Shown here in pieces: positions 22,839 to 36,100 of a DNA stretch of 64,000 nt. The notes beneath the pieces were generated by a model. The model saw only the letters and a program-made list of their open reading frames with translations, searched no databases and had not been told where the DNA came from. The stretch spans positions 34,001 to 98,000 of the forward strand of contig NW_027437458.1 in the NCBI RefSeq assembly GCF_964204645.1, given 5' to 3'. Source of the DNA: Tubulanus polymorphus (lineage: Eukaryota; Animalia; Nemertea). Position numbers and translations under genes: made by a program. Every line of letters begins with the position of its first letter. The stretch's first letter is position 1.

Positions 22839-25660
22839 CCCTGGGAAGCCCAGGGTATCTTAAAGTTGCAGGAAGATTATGTTATTTGGTCATTTTATTA
22901 CAAATAAGGTCTAATAGGCATATACATGGTTTTTTTAATTTCTTTAAATTTTTTTCTGTAATTTGGGAAATGTGACATATATGTCACATTGGGCATATGT
23001 GTCACCAAAGCAAAAAAAATTTCCAAATTGTTTTAAAATATTTTTTTCAAAGATACACTTGCCATGTTATGGCTTTATTAAAAATACACTTTTCATAAAA
23101 ATTCAAAAACACAAAATTCATAAAAAAGCATAAAATAAACTTCAAGTTCATCAGACAAGGAAAAAATTTTACAATAATTTTGTCCCATATGTAACGCGGG
23201 GAAAATGTACCTGGACTCATTTCAGTACCACATAGACTATGCCTAGGCCTTCAGTTTGATATGATACAAATACTGTCATTGTTGTTAAAACACAGAGGTC
23301 TGCTGATAGACAGCTGAAAAGACACTATATATGGTATGTGCGAAAGCAGTTACGATCCTCTACAAAACACAATCGAACGTTACATTTCTCGCACAAGGTT
23401 GTTGTCTGATTTTTTTCACAGTGTTTACAACGTCCACGCTTCGCAACCTTTATTGGCCAGTGGCCAACACAGTCTTTCTGTACATCACGTATGGGTGCAG
23501 TTCTTTGTTTCCTCGGCTGTGGTGGTGAAAATGGAACTACAGCATCAGCGATATTTGGTCGGCCACGCTTCCTGGCAACACCAACCTCAATAAGCGCTGT
23601 CGCGACAATTGCCTGAAACTGTCGTTGTTTCAGTACATTTTGTTTAGGTATTCGCAACAGTTCACAGTCCCTTCGATAACTGAGCCAGGCATTTATCACC
23701 CCCATGGTGACGGTATGCCAAAACAAGTAGAGGTACCATCGACGTGATTTTATTTTCTGTCGGTATTTCGCTATGTACGAGTCCATGAGGTCAATGCCCC
23801 CCATGAACGTGCTGTACTCTTTCACTACGGCTGGCCTGGTGACATTGACATACTCCTTTCGTGTTTTGTCCCATCTACGAGCTTCGTCAACTGGTTCAAC
23901 TGCGACATATGTTGAGAAGAGTACTACTCGCCTGTTGTCGTACCAAGCCACAGCAGCAAGGTTATGGCGCTCATCTATTTTGTAGTCATACGTACCACGT
24001 CCAGTTTCTTTCAATTGGTTTTCAGATTTTAGGCCGACAGTAGCCAAGCGGTTAGCACGCACAGTACCAGTCAAGTGTTTTCCGGACTGCTTCAGTTTGA
24101 TGCACACTTTGGCAGATACAAACAGATTATCTGCGAAGATTTTGTAGTTGACATCATTCGGCAAGGTCGAAGTCAATTTCATCACGACATCTGGCCCCTG
24201 TCCTAATTCCGTTCTCTTCCCATCACCACCTTGGTACACCTCAAAATCATATGTCATTCCGGTATCATCTGAGCGCACCCACATTTTGAATCCCCACGGG
24301 TGTGGTTTCCCTTTCACATACTGCCTTATGCTGCTTGTTTTGCCTTTGAATGCAACCATCATTTCATCCACTGCATTTTGTTCTTTTGCGACAAGTTTCA
24401 AGCAATTGGCTCTGAGAGCATCAATCCATGGCCTGATCTTCCAGATCTTGTCTTTTTTTTTTTCTTCATCAGAGACCAGCATATTGTCAACAAAATGCAA
24501 CACAGTCAAAATCTTACTAAACCTATTTCGACTCATCACTTTACTGACAAATTCACATCCAATGTTAGTTTCCCAGTATGAGCGTGTTCCTGCCATCTGG
24601 TGAAGACCCATGCGCAAATAAATTCCTATGACTTTCTCGATTTCTTTTAGGTTTGTGTCAACAGATGTTCCGCCTTTCTGGATGCTGTAAATGTTTGTCT
24701 GTTCGGTCAGTTTATCCAACATTTCTGTTGTTACGAATTTTCTAAAATACGAAACAGGGGTCTCTGGCTCTATCATATCATCTGGTAATTTGTATGTAGG
24801 GCCAGTGAACTGCGTGTCTGGTGGCTCGTATCGATGGGGAGGCCCCTTTGTCCATAATGGTCCAGCTTGTCTTGATAGTGGCTCATCGTCAGATGAATCA
24901 AACTCCTCACTGCTCTCATCCCCTTCTGAAGAGGACTGAGAATCATCGTCAGATGACTGAGGATCTTCGGCAGATGCATTGCGTTCTGATTCGGAATCAT
25001 TCGAATCTGATTCGCCGAAATCACTATCGTTTGTGTCTATCAATGGCAATACATCGTTCAGCTGAAGTCTGCGTCTACCAGCCATTTTATCTGGAAAATA
25101 AAATTTGGAAATTGGATAAGTAAAATGTTCAAATAACTGTCATTGATTGAACCATGACTATGAGTCCTTTACCCCCAGTCGGCGATCAACTATTTATTGA
25201 TCAGGATCGTTGACGTTATAAGATCGACAAGCGCATGCACAACCATAACTGTTTACTCACAGGGTGCCACAGAGCATAATGAAGGCACCATATATCTATT
25301 TATACAGATATGGAAACATAAATCCTTACAGTGATTTTGAAGCAAAAAGTGACAGAATGACCCAGTGCGACACCGGTGTCACATTAGCCATGTAACATCA
25401 ATATAGCTGGATAAATTTTCAAGCTGAGAAGGATACAAATTCGAAGTTTTCACCAATTTCCAAAATCTGTGGGCGCCGCCATTTTGAATTTTCAATCAGA
25501 ATAAGTTAGAGTAAATTTCACCCACCAGATGTCGCTAGTTATGCGACAGGGATGTCACTTTGGGTAATAAAGGCTGTAAAAAGCATTTATTCATTATTAT
25601 GTTGGTGTAGACCCCCTACCAAATCTATGTGACACCCGTGTTACCCTGGGCTTCCCAGGG
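22839..25660 (-). mobile_element. autonomous piggyBac-superfamily transposon
   Basis: Perfect 19-bp TIRs ccctgggaagcccagggta; flanks tttaa / tttaa; intact transposase ORF. Confidence 0.96.
23325..25085 (-). CDS. piggyBac transposase (PGBD2/3-like), 586 aa, ORF intact
   Basis: Acidic N-terminus, MSRNRF, VDEMMV, KPHPWGFK, ADNLF, GTVRANR, WYDNR, MGGIDLMD and a C-terminal Cys-rich domain. Confidence 0.96.
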   Translation of the reverse strand: MAGRRRLQLNDVLPLIDTNDSDFGESDSNDSESERNASAEDPQSSDDDSQSSSEGDESSEEFDSSDDEPLSRQAGPLWTKGPPHRYEPPDTQFTGPTYKLPDDMIEPETPVSYFRKFVTTEMLDKLTEQTNIYSIQKGGTSVDTNLKEIEKVIGIYLRMGLHQMAGTRSYWETNIGCEFVSKVMSRNRFSKILTVLHFVDNMLVSDEEKKKDKIWKIRPWIDALRANCLKLVAKEQNAVDEMMVAFKGKTSSIRQYVKGKPHPWGFKMWVRSDDTGMTYDFEVYQGGDGKRTELGQGPDVVMKLTSTLPNDVNYKIFADNLFVSAKVCIKLKQSGKHLTGTVRANRLATVGLKSENQLKETGRGTYDYKIDERHNLAAVAWYDNRRVVLFSTYVAVEPVDEARRWDKTRKEYVNVTRPAVVKEYSTFMGGIDLMDSYIAKYRQKIKSRRWYLYLFWHTVTMGVINAWLSYRRDCELLRIPKQNVLKQRQFQAIVATALIEVGVARKRGRPNIADAVVPFSPPQPRKQRTAPIRDVQKDCVGHWPIKVAKRGRCKHCEKNQTTTLCEKCNVRLCFVEDRNCFRTYHI

Positions 25661-28600
25661 TTTAATACATTAAGTAGGAGATGGTTCTATGAAGGACTGA
25701 CCCAAAGCCTCATGGCTGTATCGCAAATGCAAGGGCCATACCTTTATGATAAGATGATATCATAATGATGATAAGATATGGATGGATGGGTGAATGGATG
25801 GAGTGATATGGAAATTAATTGGATGAATTAGATATACATGTATAGCATTATGCTGGTTGAAGCGTGATTGTTCTAATATTTTTTCAGTAGTTGTTGTTTA
25901 AAACCACAAGTGAAAGAGCTGATAGTTCTTGAATTCCTGATATTAGTCTCTAAATTTTGCCAGATGGTAGGAATCTTGTTTAAGAATGAGCTGTTGAAAA
26001 TTGTACTTTTATGATGGATCGTTTTAGGGAAATTGCGAGATCTTGTATTATACCTGTGATTTGAGGAGTGAGTTGTAAAAAAATTCATAATGGGTTCCGG
26101 CAGGAGCTGTTTTGAGAAGCTGTAACCAAGTTTGCTTGTTCAATTTGGATAATATCATCAAATTTTGGAATTTCATATTTTTTGAAAATAGGTATAGATG
26201 GAGAATTGTAAGACGCATTATCGATGTAACGCATGGCGTTTTTCTGTAATTTGAAAATTGATTTTGACTGTTTCTTTGAGAGTAATGGGCCCCATAATAT
26301 AATTCCATAGGTCAAATAGGGATGAATGAAACTAAAATAGAGTAGCTTCTTGCTGCATGAGGGCAGAAACTTTTTCAGATTTCTTAAAAGATATAAATTA
26401 CTATTAATTTTTGCCCGTACATGCTTGGCATGTTGACCCCAAGAAAGTATTTCATCGATATAGAGACCAAGAAATTTACAGAAATTGGTTGTTTTGATAA
26501 TTTGATCATTAACTTTAAGTTCAAAATTACGAGTATTCAATATAAAATTTCTCGGATGGAAAATGATGAAATTCAGAGTCAAATTGTTCGCTCTAAACCA
26601 ATCTACAAGTATTTCAACATCATTTTTTAACTTTTCCTGAATATCTAACAATTTTTTGCCTGTTATAAAAATAGTTGTATCATCAGCAAAGAATACATTT
26701 ACAATATTTAAGGGATTGGTAAAGGTCATTTGTATATACAAGAAATAACAGAGGGCCTAATATTGAACCTTGAGGGATTCCATACGCTAGATGATCTATT
26801 TTTGATTTTGTTTCATTAGTTTTTACGTACAATCGTCTGTTTGTCAGATAACTGCTGAACCAATTAAGTGGGGCCCCCCTTACACCATATTTTTCCAGTT
26901 TAACTAAAAGTTTGTTCACATCTATAGAATCGAATGCTTTTGAAAGATCTAAAAATAGACCCATAGTACAATTTCCCCTTTCAAATCCCTTTAAAATATT
27001 TCCTGATAATTCCATAATTGCTTGACTTGATGAGTAGTTAGATCTGAATCCGTGTTGACTTTTATATAGTAGTTTATGTTTTGAAAGAAATTTGTATAAT
27101 CTATTATAAACAATCTTTTCTAGGATTTTAGAAAGTACAGGGAGGAGGGAAATTGGTCTGTAGTTGGTTGTTAGACATTTATCATTAGACTTATAAATTG
27201 GAATAACTTCAGCTAATTTCATATTTACAGGCACCACTTCTTCACTTAACGATTTATTGAAAATGCTTGCTAATGGTTGGTTGATGGCAGTAATAATATT
27301 TTTTAACAGGGTATTATTTATATCATCGTGTCCTGAACTGTTTTTATTTGGTAGGGATTTGACCAGAGTTAGTATTTCATTTGGGTCAGTTGGATACAGA
27401 AATATATTGTTATCATTATGAGTCTTTAGGTAATCGGTGAAGGGTTTATTAGGGTTTTCTGTTATTTCACAGAAAACCCTATTGATATCCCCGTGATTAT
27501 TATTATTATTATTTTCTTCCACACTATTTTTACTAAAAGAACAAAGGCTTTGTTACCTTGCCGCTGTTGTCGATACAATCCGTCTGATATCATTCAGCTC
27601 ACTTCGATCTACAAATAACCCGTGCGTATTTTGAAGAATCATCGTTACAAAAGCACTGTCGGGCCGTAAACATCGAAAATTGAGCCCCATTCAAAGAGCC
27701 GACATGTTTTTCTAAGTCCTCTTTCCGAAATCTACCGCACGTTTCTTGTCACATCAATTATCAATTCAAGCATAAATTAACAAATTTATTACCCAAAGAT
27801 GGCACATTCTGTCGCGGTTTTTAAAAACTAATTTTAACAACAGCCCATTTTCCTCATCAAATCGTATTACCGATATACAGGAAATTTACTACTTTAGATT
27901 TTAAAAGCACTGTCGAGCCGTAAACGTGGCACTACATCGTCGTTCCGGGGATCAGCTGCGAGTTTCACCTCATCATGAGAATCAAATCGAGTACAAATTG
28001 ATTTATTACTACCAGTGATTTGGCTGCGGGCGTCAAGCAGTTAGTTTAGCAATACCTATTTTTCTTTATCAAATTAACCGTGTAGCCTATTTACTAAGAT
28101 AAATCATAAGTGTACCGGGGAGTCGTAGGCCTAAACGAAATACGCCGAAGAGATATAGCGGAGAAAAGCTGTTATGTCGACGAGGTATCAAAATAAAAGA
28201 ATACATTACTTTATTCGGCCGCGGGCTTCAACCTCTATATCAATACCATCAATACTCTATATTTCCTACAGTACATACCGATCATTGTCAAATGCACAAG
28301 GTATTTACTAAATACAAGTATATAACACAATCCTTTCCGTATGCTGGACTCACACTTGACATTCGGAGTAAGCTTTCGCTGTGGGGGAAAGGGATCGTTC
28401 GCTGTGTCGCTTGAAGTGTTTATCGAGTTTGACGCGGCTTTAGGCCTACCGGTACTGAGCTTTACTGTCTCAAACAAACACAGTATAATTGTTGCGTTTA
28501 TTAACGGACTCATTGGATTGAACTTTACAAAATTTACGATATTTAGGAGGGTTGTTATTCAATAGGCCTACGACCAATCTGTCCGGATGTTAGGCCTACA

Positions 28601-28810
28601 TAGGCTAGTAGCCTCTACTAGGTTAAGCGTTCGCTGTGGGGGAAAGGAGATCGTTCGCTGTGTCGCTTGAAGTGTTTATCGAGTTTTACGCGACCTTAAG
28701 GCTTTAGTATGGTGGCTGATAAGGGCCATGCGTAAAAAAAACACGTATATGCAAATGAGGGCGACATTATGACAAAACGACAAAACTAAAATAACGCGAC
28801 AAAACAATAA

Positions 28811-29290
28811 TTTTGGTTTTGTCGCCCGCGACAATTCATTATTTTGGTTTTATCGCCCGTGACAATTCATTATTTTGGTTTTATCGCCCGCGACAATTCA
28901 TTAATTTGGTTTTGTCACCCGCGACAAATCAATATTTTGGTTTTATCGCCCGCGACAATTCATTATTTTGGTTTTATCGCCCGCAACAATTTTTTTTTTG
29001 TCGCGGTGTTATCGCCTGCGACAATTCATTATTTTGGTTTTATCGCCCGCAACAATTCATTAGTTTGGTTTTATCGCCCGCGACAATTCATTACTTTGGT
29101 TTTGTCGCCCGCGACAATTCAATATTTTGGTTTTGTCGCCCACGACAATTCAAGATTTTGGTTTTATTGCCCGCGACAATTCATTTTTTTGGTTTTGTCG
29201 CCCGTGACAATTCAATATTTTGGTTTTATCGCCAGCAACTATTGATTATTTTGGTTTTATCGCCCGCGACAATTTTTTTGGTTTTGTTGA
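28811..29290. repeat. 31-bp tandem array, about 15 copies
   Basis: Unit ttttggttttatcgcccgcgacaattcatta with point variants and no spacers. Confidence 0.95.
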
Positions 29291-29496
29291 CCACTTTATT
29301 AGCTTTTGAATAATTAGGCCAATTAATAACGTAATAAAGACTTATGCTTTCGCCTATTTGTCGATTAATCTGATATAGTGTCGAATATTAAGGTCATTTT
29401 GGCAGATTCTTTTTTTTTTTTAAAGTGATATTAAAGCGATCATTCAAGTGATCCTACTTAATGAAAGATCACATATTATTCCTTTTTCTAAAGATG

Positions 29497-29928
29497 TACG
29501 GAAGCTTATATGTCAAAAGCGATAAAGGGCCTCGAGTTGTCGCGTTCCAACTCGACAAGTCGCTATATTTATGTCGACATATCGCGATATATCGCATCAA
29601 GTCGACATGAATATGTCGACATATCGAGACGGTTTCACGACAAATTTCGCTTTTTCGCCCATTTTCCACGGGACAAGGCGTCATTTGAAGACACGTCGAA
29701 ATATAAGATGAGGACGCCAGTTATATGGCGACTGAGTTTCAAGTCGTCATGAATATGTCGAATTGTTGCGAGGAAAATGGTTGAGAAAACGAAATATGTC
29801 GTCAAAGCGTCACAATATGTCGACATATTCATGTCGACTTGAAGCAATATATCGCGATATGTCGACATAAATATGGCGACTTTGTCGAGTTGGAACGCGA
29901 CAACTCGAGGCCCTTTATCACTTCCGTA
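29497..29928. mobile_element. foldback MITE with ~100-bp inverted arms
   Basis: tacggaag..gataaagggcctcgagttgtcgcgttccaactcgacaa.. is mirrored at 29815-29928. Confidence 0.8.
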
Positions 29929-31824
29929 CTTCCGTATATATGGGACCCGTACAAAACCGTCGCGACCTGTCATTGATACTGTTTCCTAATAGCCTGTTTA
30001 GTAAGTAATGGCTGATGTTGTGCCTTATCAAATGCTTTGTCGAAATCCACCGATGAACAGGATTCTAAGACAGCAGAAAACCCGTTATCGCTGCTTTGCA
30101 GCTATATTTTGAATTTGGTATTTTGTTAGCATATTCTTCTCCAATTTTACTGAAAAATGTTGAAAAAGTGTCACTGACTGATTTCGGATCTGATATATTA
30201 TTGCCTTGAGATTTTATACATTCAACGAAGGAAGATTTATTATTCAACTTACCAATAGAATGTTTCATGAAACTCCACAATTTTCTACTATCGTTTTTGA
30301 AGTTAAGTATCTTATTTGCATAAAAATTCTGTTTTGCTTTTCTCTTAATGTAATTAAAATTATTTCTGTAATTTATAAAATTTATATATTTGGGGTTGGT
30401 TTTAGGAAGATCTAAAGTTTTCTTAAACAAATTATCAAATTTCCTAGAACACTTTAGTAAACCAGATGACATCCAGGGTTCCACAGGTGTAGATTGTCGT
30501 TTTTTCACATTTTCAAGCGGAGCATAGTGATTCAATGATGCTTGAATTTTTTAAACTATAAAGTCATAACTGTCATCACACGTCATGTTTGATGTTGTGG
30601 TCCAATCCACATTGGATAGTTCCTGTTTAATTAATTCAATATTAGCTTTATTTAAATTTCTTGACAATTTGGGTACATTTTTGGTATTTGAATTTTGATT
30701 AACAATAGAAACAAAACAAGGAAGATGATCTGATAAATATGTAGTGATTATATTAGATTTATAATTATTATGTAATTTAGAGCTTAAGTAGATGTTATGA
30801 GGGTTGCTGTTTTATGGGTGATTCTAGTAGGTCGAAATATTGTTGGCAGTAAATCATTAGAAATATTGATATCAAGGAAGTTAGCTATATTTTTATGAAT
30901 ATTTAGTTTTAAATAATCTAAGTTCTGGTCCATACCTAGTATGACATTCTTTCTTTCTAGTTTCACTTTATTCAAAATAGTTTCATAATCCTGGAATAAG
31001 TCTAGTTCGTTTGTTCCAGGGACACGGTATAACTCACGGACTATAAGATTTTCACTGACTTTAACTGATTTCGATAAGATTTAAAAAAAAAACAGGTTTC
31101 AAGTTTACCCTCTTTGAAAATACCTAGGACATCTCTAGGTTTGAATGAGAGTTTTTTATTTAGATAAATTGCAACGCCTCCTCGACTACGAGTGTCTCTG
31201 TGTTTTTCTATAAGTTCATATCCTGGTAAATGACATAGGGGTAGATTCTCTTTTTTAATGAAGGTTTCACGGAGAAGAACTAAATGTATATCAATATTAG
31301 CCATTTTAAATTTATGTATCAAAGTTTTTAGCTCATTAAGTTTGCTTGGAAGGCTATGTATATTGTATTGTAGGATATTCAAACTATTGTTATCAACTTG
31401 CTTTACATTTTGTATTTCACTGTATGGAGAATCATTATTTAGAAATAACTGCTCATCTGTTAGGTCATTTAAATGAAGACTGTCATAATTTTGTGTATTG
31501 CGTGCTTTTGGTTCAAAGTTTCCTAAACACATATTTAAAAATGATAAACTTTAATATTAGTTCAACCAGCGGATATAAGTGAGTAATCAACAGGGTGATG
31601 AGATGAGTTGAAATGAAAAGTATTGTAAAAACGTAGATATGATACATAGAAAATATTCGATAAACCTGTACGTAAATACAGAGAAAAACTTTCATAGTGA
31701 TATATTATCAATAATGTCATGTGATGGTCCGGTTAGACCGGCGTCAACAATTGGCGGAAATAAAAGAGGCCAGTTGTTGTTGCATTAGGCTATTAGATCA
31801 ACCTGAAAAAAGTCTAATTTAATT

Positions 31825-32690
31825 TTAAGGTAGGGGCATTGATAAATATATATTGGATATTGGATACAAAATAGGATTAAATTTGTCAGTTACTAATGCA
31901 ATGAGGAAATTTAGAATTTCACACACGTGATGGGCTACTTCGATATTCTCCGAACAAATTTTTTCATAATCACTTAGTTGGAGGCCGGCATTCAAAGAGT
32001 TAACGACTAATTGTACGCAATTTTCGGCGGGTGTTTGAACAATTCCATATAAACGCAGATGATTACAGCGAGAGTACTGGTTATTCTCCGCTGCTAGTTT
32101 CTTTGTTTTTAATATCTGCTTACGTAGCTCACAATTTTCATTAGCTAATTCTTGCATTTCACGATCATGGGTGAGTTGGAACTCCTGCAGTGTTTTATTG
32201 TCGTCTGCAGATTTTTTTTCAAGGTCGTATAACCATTCCTCAGTTCTATATACTAGGTTTTCAATAGATTTGGTATGGACATCGAGTCGCTTATTAATCG
32301 TTAGCAAAATTTCATCTTTGAATGATGTCAAGGAGTCGATTTTGTGAGACATATCGGCAATTGCTTTAAATAGACTTTATAGATTATTGAGATGAGGCTG
32401 CGGATTCTACAGTTGAGCTTCTCTCTTTGCGTTTTTTTGTTGGTGGTCCTTTTTCCGCTGCTTTCATTGTTACTCGCATCCATAAAAACCTCATCATTGT
32501 CATGCACCTCATCAGCTGGTGGTCGTTCGATTTCTATGTCGACCCTGTTATCATGGGCAGGAATTTGTTCATTTGGTGCTGCAGTAATCTGATTCACGTT
32601 ATTTTCATTATTCTCATTATTGGTTTTCGGTACAGTTTTTTCTGAGGATTTCGGTTCGAATATATCTGTAATGCTAGCCTGTGATTCCAT
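31825..32690 (-). pseudogene. LINE ORF1 (coiled coil plus RRM-like start), frameshifted and truncated
   Basis: Heptad-rich region followed by NQYSRCNHLRLYGI...ENC...IEVAH. Confidence 0.8.
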
Positions 32691-33122
32691 TTCAACTTCA
32701 GTAGATTACTCATGTATTAAGAGAATGGTTCAACATAGATCCGAATTACTATTTGCTGAGAGTTCAAACACGAGTACAGTTGACACACAGTATACAATGC
32801 ACTGATTGCGTGAATAGCTGTCAAACTCAACTGTCAGGTGTCGAAGTGACAATTTGAGCAGTGAACAGTGTCGTGAACAGTGTTATGATCGCAAATTATA
32901 ACAGAATCTTCGTAAATTCGAATATAAATCCATCAAAATATCAGCTTCGCAAGCATAATTCGCCCTGAAATCTTCACAGCTTCAAGTCACAATATTTGTA
33001 TATATCTATTGATCCTATGCTTCAATGTCAAATCCAAGTATAACAGGTTGAAAAAGCCTAATTAACCAGGAGCTCTTACATGACCAACCTGACTGACACA
33101 GCGGCCATATATACGAGAGGAC

Positions 33123-36100
33123 AGTGGTCAGTTATGACTAAGACATTTTCTTTTTCTGTATCATCCGGTTCAATCGAGAGAAAATCGATACACACTAAGT
33201 CCATAGGACCACTAGACTGCAAGCTGAGCATGGGTACTGCTTTCTTGTCTTTAGTTTTTCTCAACACGCATGGTTTACATTGCTTACAATGCTGACTAAT
33301 ACTCTCAGCCATATTTGGCCAATAGAATCGTTGTTTAGCCAGGTCTTAAGTGCGATCATAGCCCAAGTGTCCCACGTCATCGTGTGTCCCAGTCATTGCT
33401 AGTTTCTTGAGCTTTTCTGGTACAACTAGCCTACTAACCACCTCGTCCGAAAAGTTTGAGGTTTTGAATAAGACGCCATCGTCTAAGAATAATGAATCAA
33501 ACTGCCTAAGCATAGTCTTTACTGTTTGGGTCTCAGATTTGTACAGAGAGTACCTAGGCTTTTCGCCATGGATTGACAAAATTTCGGTCATCCTTTTGAT
33601 AGCTGCGTCATCTTGTTGTGCAGTACGGATCTCCTCAATGCTCAATGAGGCAATTTCAACCGAAATACTCTGTTCGTACTGATCCTCAGTCTGGAGAGAT
33701 TTACCAGTTACTGGCAGGCACTGAATGCCAGGTGAATTGTCATTGAGTAGGACCGCGTTGACCACTATGGTGCCATCAGTTTCATTCTCTGGCAAAGGCC
33801 TTACTCTTTTCAGCATCGAGTTTATTCTGTCTGCAGGGTCAGTTTCACTGTCTGCTATAGCCTCACCCGGGTGCGGGCGTCTAGATAGTTCATCAGCGTC
33901 TACATTCTGACAGCCGGGTCGGTACGTGATGGATTAGTCATAGATAGAAAGATCTGCGAGCCATCGTTGTCCAGTGGCATCCAATTTAGCTGTGGTTTGG
34001 ACATAAGTCAAAGAGTTGTTATCGGTGGACACTTTGATGCCCTTAGCACCATACAAATAATCATGAAATTTATCCGACATCGCCCAATGTAGGGCTAAGA
34101 ACTCTAGCTTATGAGCAGGATAATTTCGTTCACTAGTAGATAGGGATCTACTAGCATAGGCTACTGGACCTAGCAAACCATCTTTTTCCTGATACAAAGC
34201 TGCACCCAGCCCATTGGTACTGGCATCAGTGTGGAGGTGGTATGGACCCCTAGGGTCAGCTATCTTAAGCACTGGTGCGTCAATCAGTTTTTCCTTGAGG
34301 CTCCTGAACGCCCTATCACAATCGGCATCCCATTTCTCCCCAAAAGGTGCAGTGGCTACCTGGCGGTTGATTGAAACTTTTCCTTTAGAATTCTTACTGG
34401 TATACCCCTTTAATAGGGCCTGCAATGGGACGGCAATGCTGGAATAGATCTTGATGAAACGTCTATAGTATGATGCAAAACCTAACCATTTCTTCACATC
34501 TTTTTGACACGTGGGGGTTGGCCATGTCTTTACTGCTTCGATCTTTTTCGGGCAAGTGCGTATACCCTCAGAACCAATCACGTGGCCTAAGTATGACACC
34601 GACCGCCTAAATAACTGACACTTCGCCAAACTCAATTTAAGGCCTAACTGTCGTAAACGGTCGAACATTCCTTGCAAGTGTACTAAATGCTCATCAAATG
34701 TTTGTGAATATACTATTAAATCATCAAGGAATGCAAGCGCATGTCGTAGATTTGTATTGCCACGGCACTTTTCTATCAACCGCTGGAAGGTTGCTGGTGC
34801 GTTCGTGAGACCTTGGGCCATACGGATCTATCGATATGAACCCGGACACACGAAACTGTTCTTGTCCCGATCTTCTTCTTTAAGGCCGATTTGGTAAAAC
34901 CCGCTCCATCGTTGAATACCACTGACAGCCAGAAAGACTGGTGAATGCTTCCTCTATCCGGGGCAACTGATACTGGTCTCTAATGGTCAGTTTGTTTAGT
35001 TTCCGAAAATCACCAGTAAGTCGCAACTCGCCATTCTTCTTTCTTATCAAAACGATTGCACCAGCTTAAGGACTACAGGATTCCTCAATTATTTTAGCGT
35101 CAATTAATTGTTGTAGGTGTTGGCGTAAGTCTTCTAAATCAGAATAGGGTACCGGACGACTACCGTCACGAAAAGGTCGGTCAGATGTTAATTCAATCTT
35201 GTGTTCTACTGCATCCGTCAATCCAAAATCAAGATCATCTTTAGAGAAAATGTCTTTATTTCTCATCAGAAGGGCCTTGCATCTCGCTTTCTGGTCTCAG
35301 GTGAGCGATGTATCGAATTCAAAACCTGAAAACAAAGGGTCGTTCTCAAATTTCTCACTTTGGTCATTTTGCGCGGTCACTGATTGAACTGGTGTCGAGC
35401 CCATGCTACGTCCTTCGCGACCGATTGGTCGTATCCACTGGGGTAAAAATAAGTCCGCGATATGTGCCTTTGGTGATACAAAGACTGATTTCTTAGAATA
35501 GTTCGCCACTGGAACTTTCATTCTACACTTATTATGGCCGGAGGCCGTTACTAATTTACTGTGAACCTGCACCCCTCCAGGAAGACCACAGCTTTCATCA
35601 GCTGTACCTATAAGGGCAGGGTAACTTGATTTGACTGGGAACGAGCTAGCCATACAGTCAATTTTAACTACTCTACCCGGCTTAACCTCAAAAGGCCGAT
35701 TGTTAATAGTAACTAGCCTGCCCACCTTTCCATTACATGGATCTACAAATTTATCAATGTCGGAAACTGACTGAACTATCCTACGTACGTTATGTATTTT
35801 ACTTTCCATGCTAGAACCTTATGTAAATCGTTCCTTGCCAATCTGATATAATGCAGTATTCTTCTCTTCGGAGAATACCCGTCTTATAATATTCGTACCA
35901 ATCAGAATCGGAAGTTCCGCCGCTAATTGGGTGTCTGGGCACACTAAGAATGAAGCGCTAATCTCATTACCTGATCCACTTAAACTGTGAATCTGAATCT
36001 TAGCTTCAATGTACCCCAAATAAGGAACCGAAGACCCACTAGCGCTTTCTAACTTCAACAATGATTCTAATGTTCTAATAGGATGGCTAGCACGCAAATG

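Larger units (their letters stand above)
27446..30110 (+). mobile_element. HINE family 2
   Basis: 5' tagggttttctg..cagaaaacccta hairpin plus (TTA)n; 3' subTIR cagaaaaccc plus gctgc-ttt-gcagc stem-loop; T-run target. Removing it restores IPNS|NKPF in LINE ORF2. Confidence 0.82.
25873..31532 (-). pseudogene. LINE ORF2 (APE endonuclease plus RT), fragmented
   Basis: ILQYNIHSL, RGGVAIY, PTRIT, NYRPISLLP, LDLSKAFD, GIPQGSILGPLLF, FADDT, KFLGLYID; several frameshifts; interrupted at 27446-30110. Confidence 0.93.
22754..33122 (-). mobile_element. CR1/L2-group (Crack/Daphne-like) LINE, near full length and disabled
   Basis: ORF1 plus APE-RT ORF2; 3' AATAAA and (CAAT)n tail; splits the Gypsy integrase codons DH|YTRF with a 2-bp duplication. 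Confidence 0.9.

Noticed and set aside
23331-25123. plus-strand ORFs over the piggyBac gene (and similar short antisense ORFs over other TEs)
   Set aside because: Shadow ORFs of the coding strand with no motifs.
28811-29313. CRISPR-like array or repetitive proteins (ORFs 28813..29313 and 28844..29245)
   Set aside because: Head-to-tail 31-bp units with no unique spacers and no cas genes; the ORFs are artefacts of the repeat.
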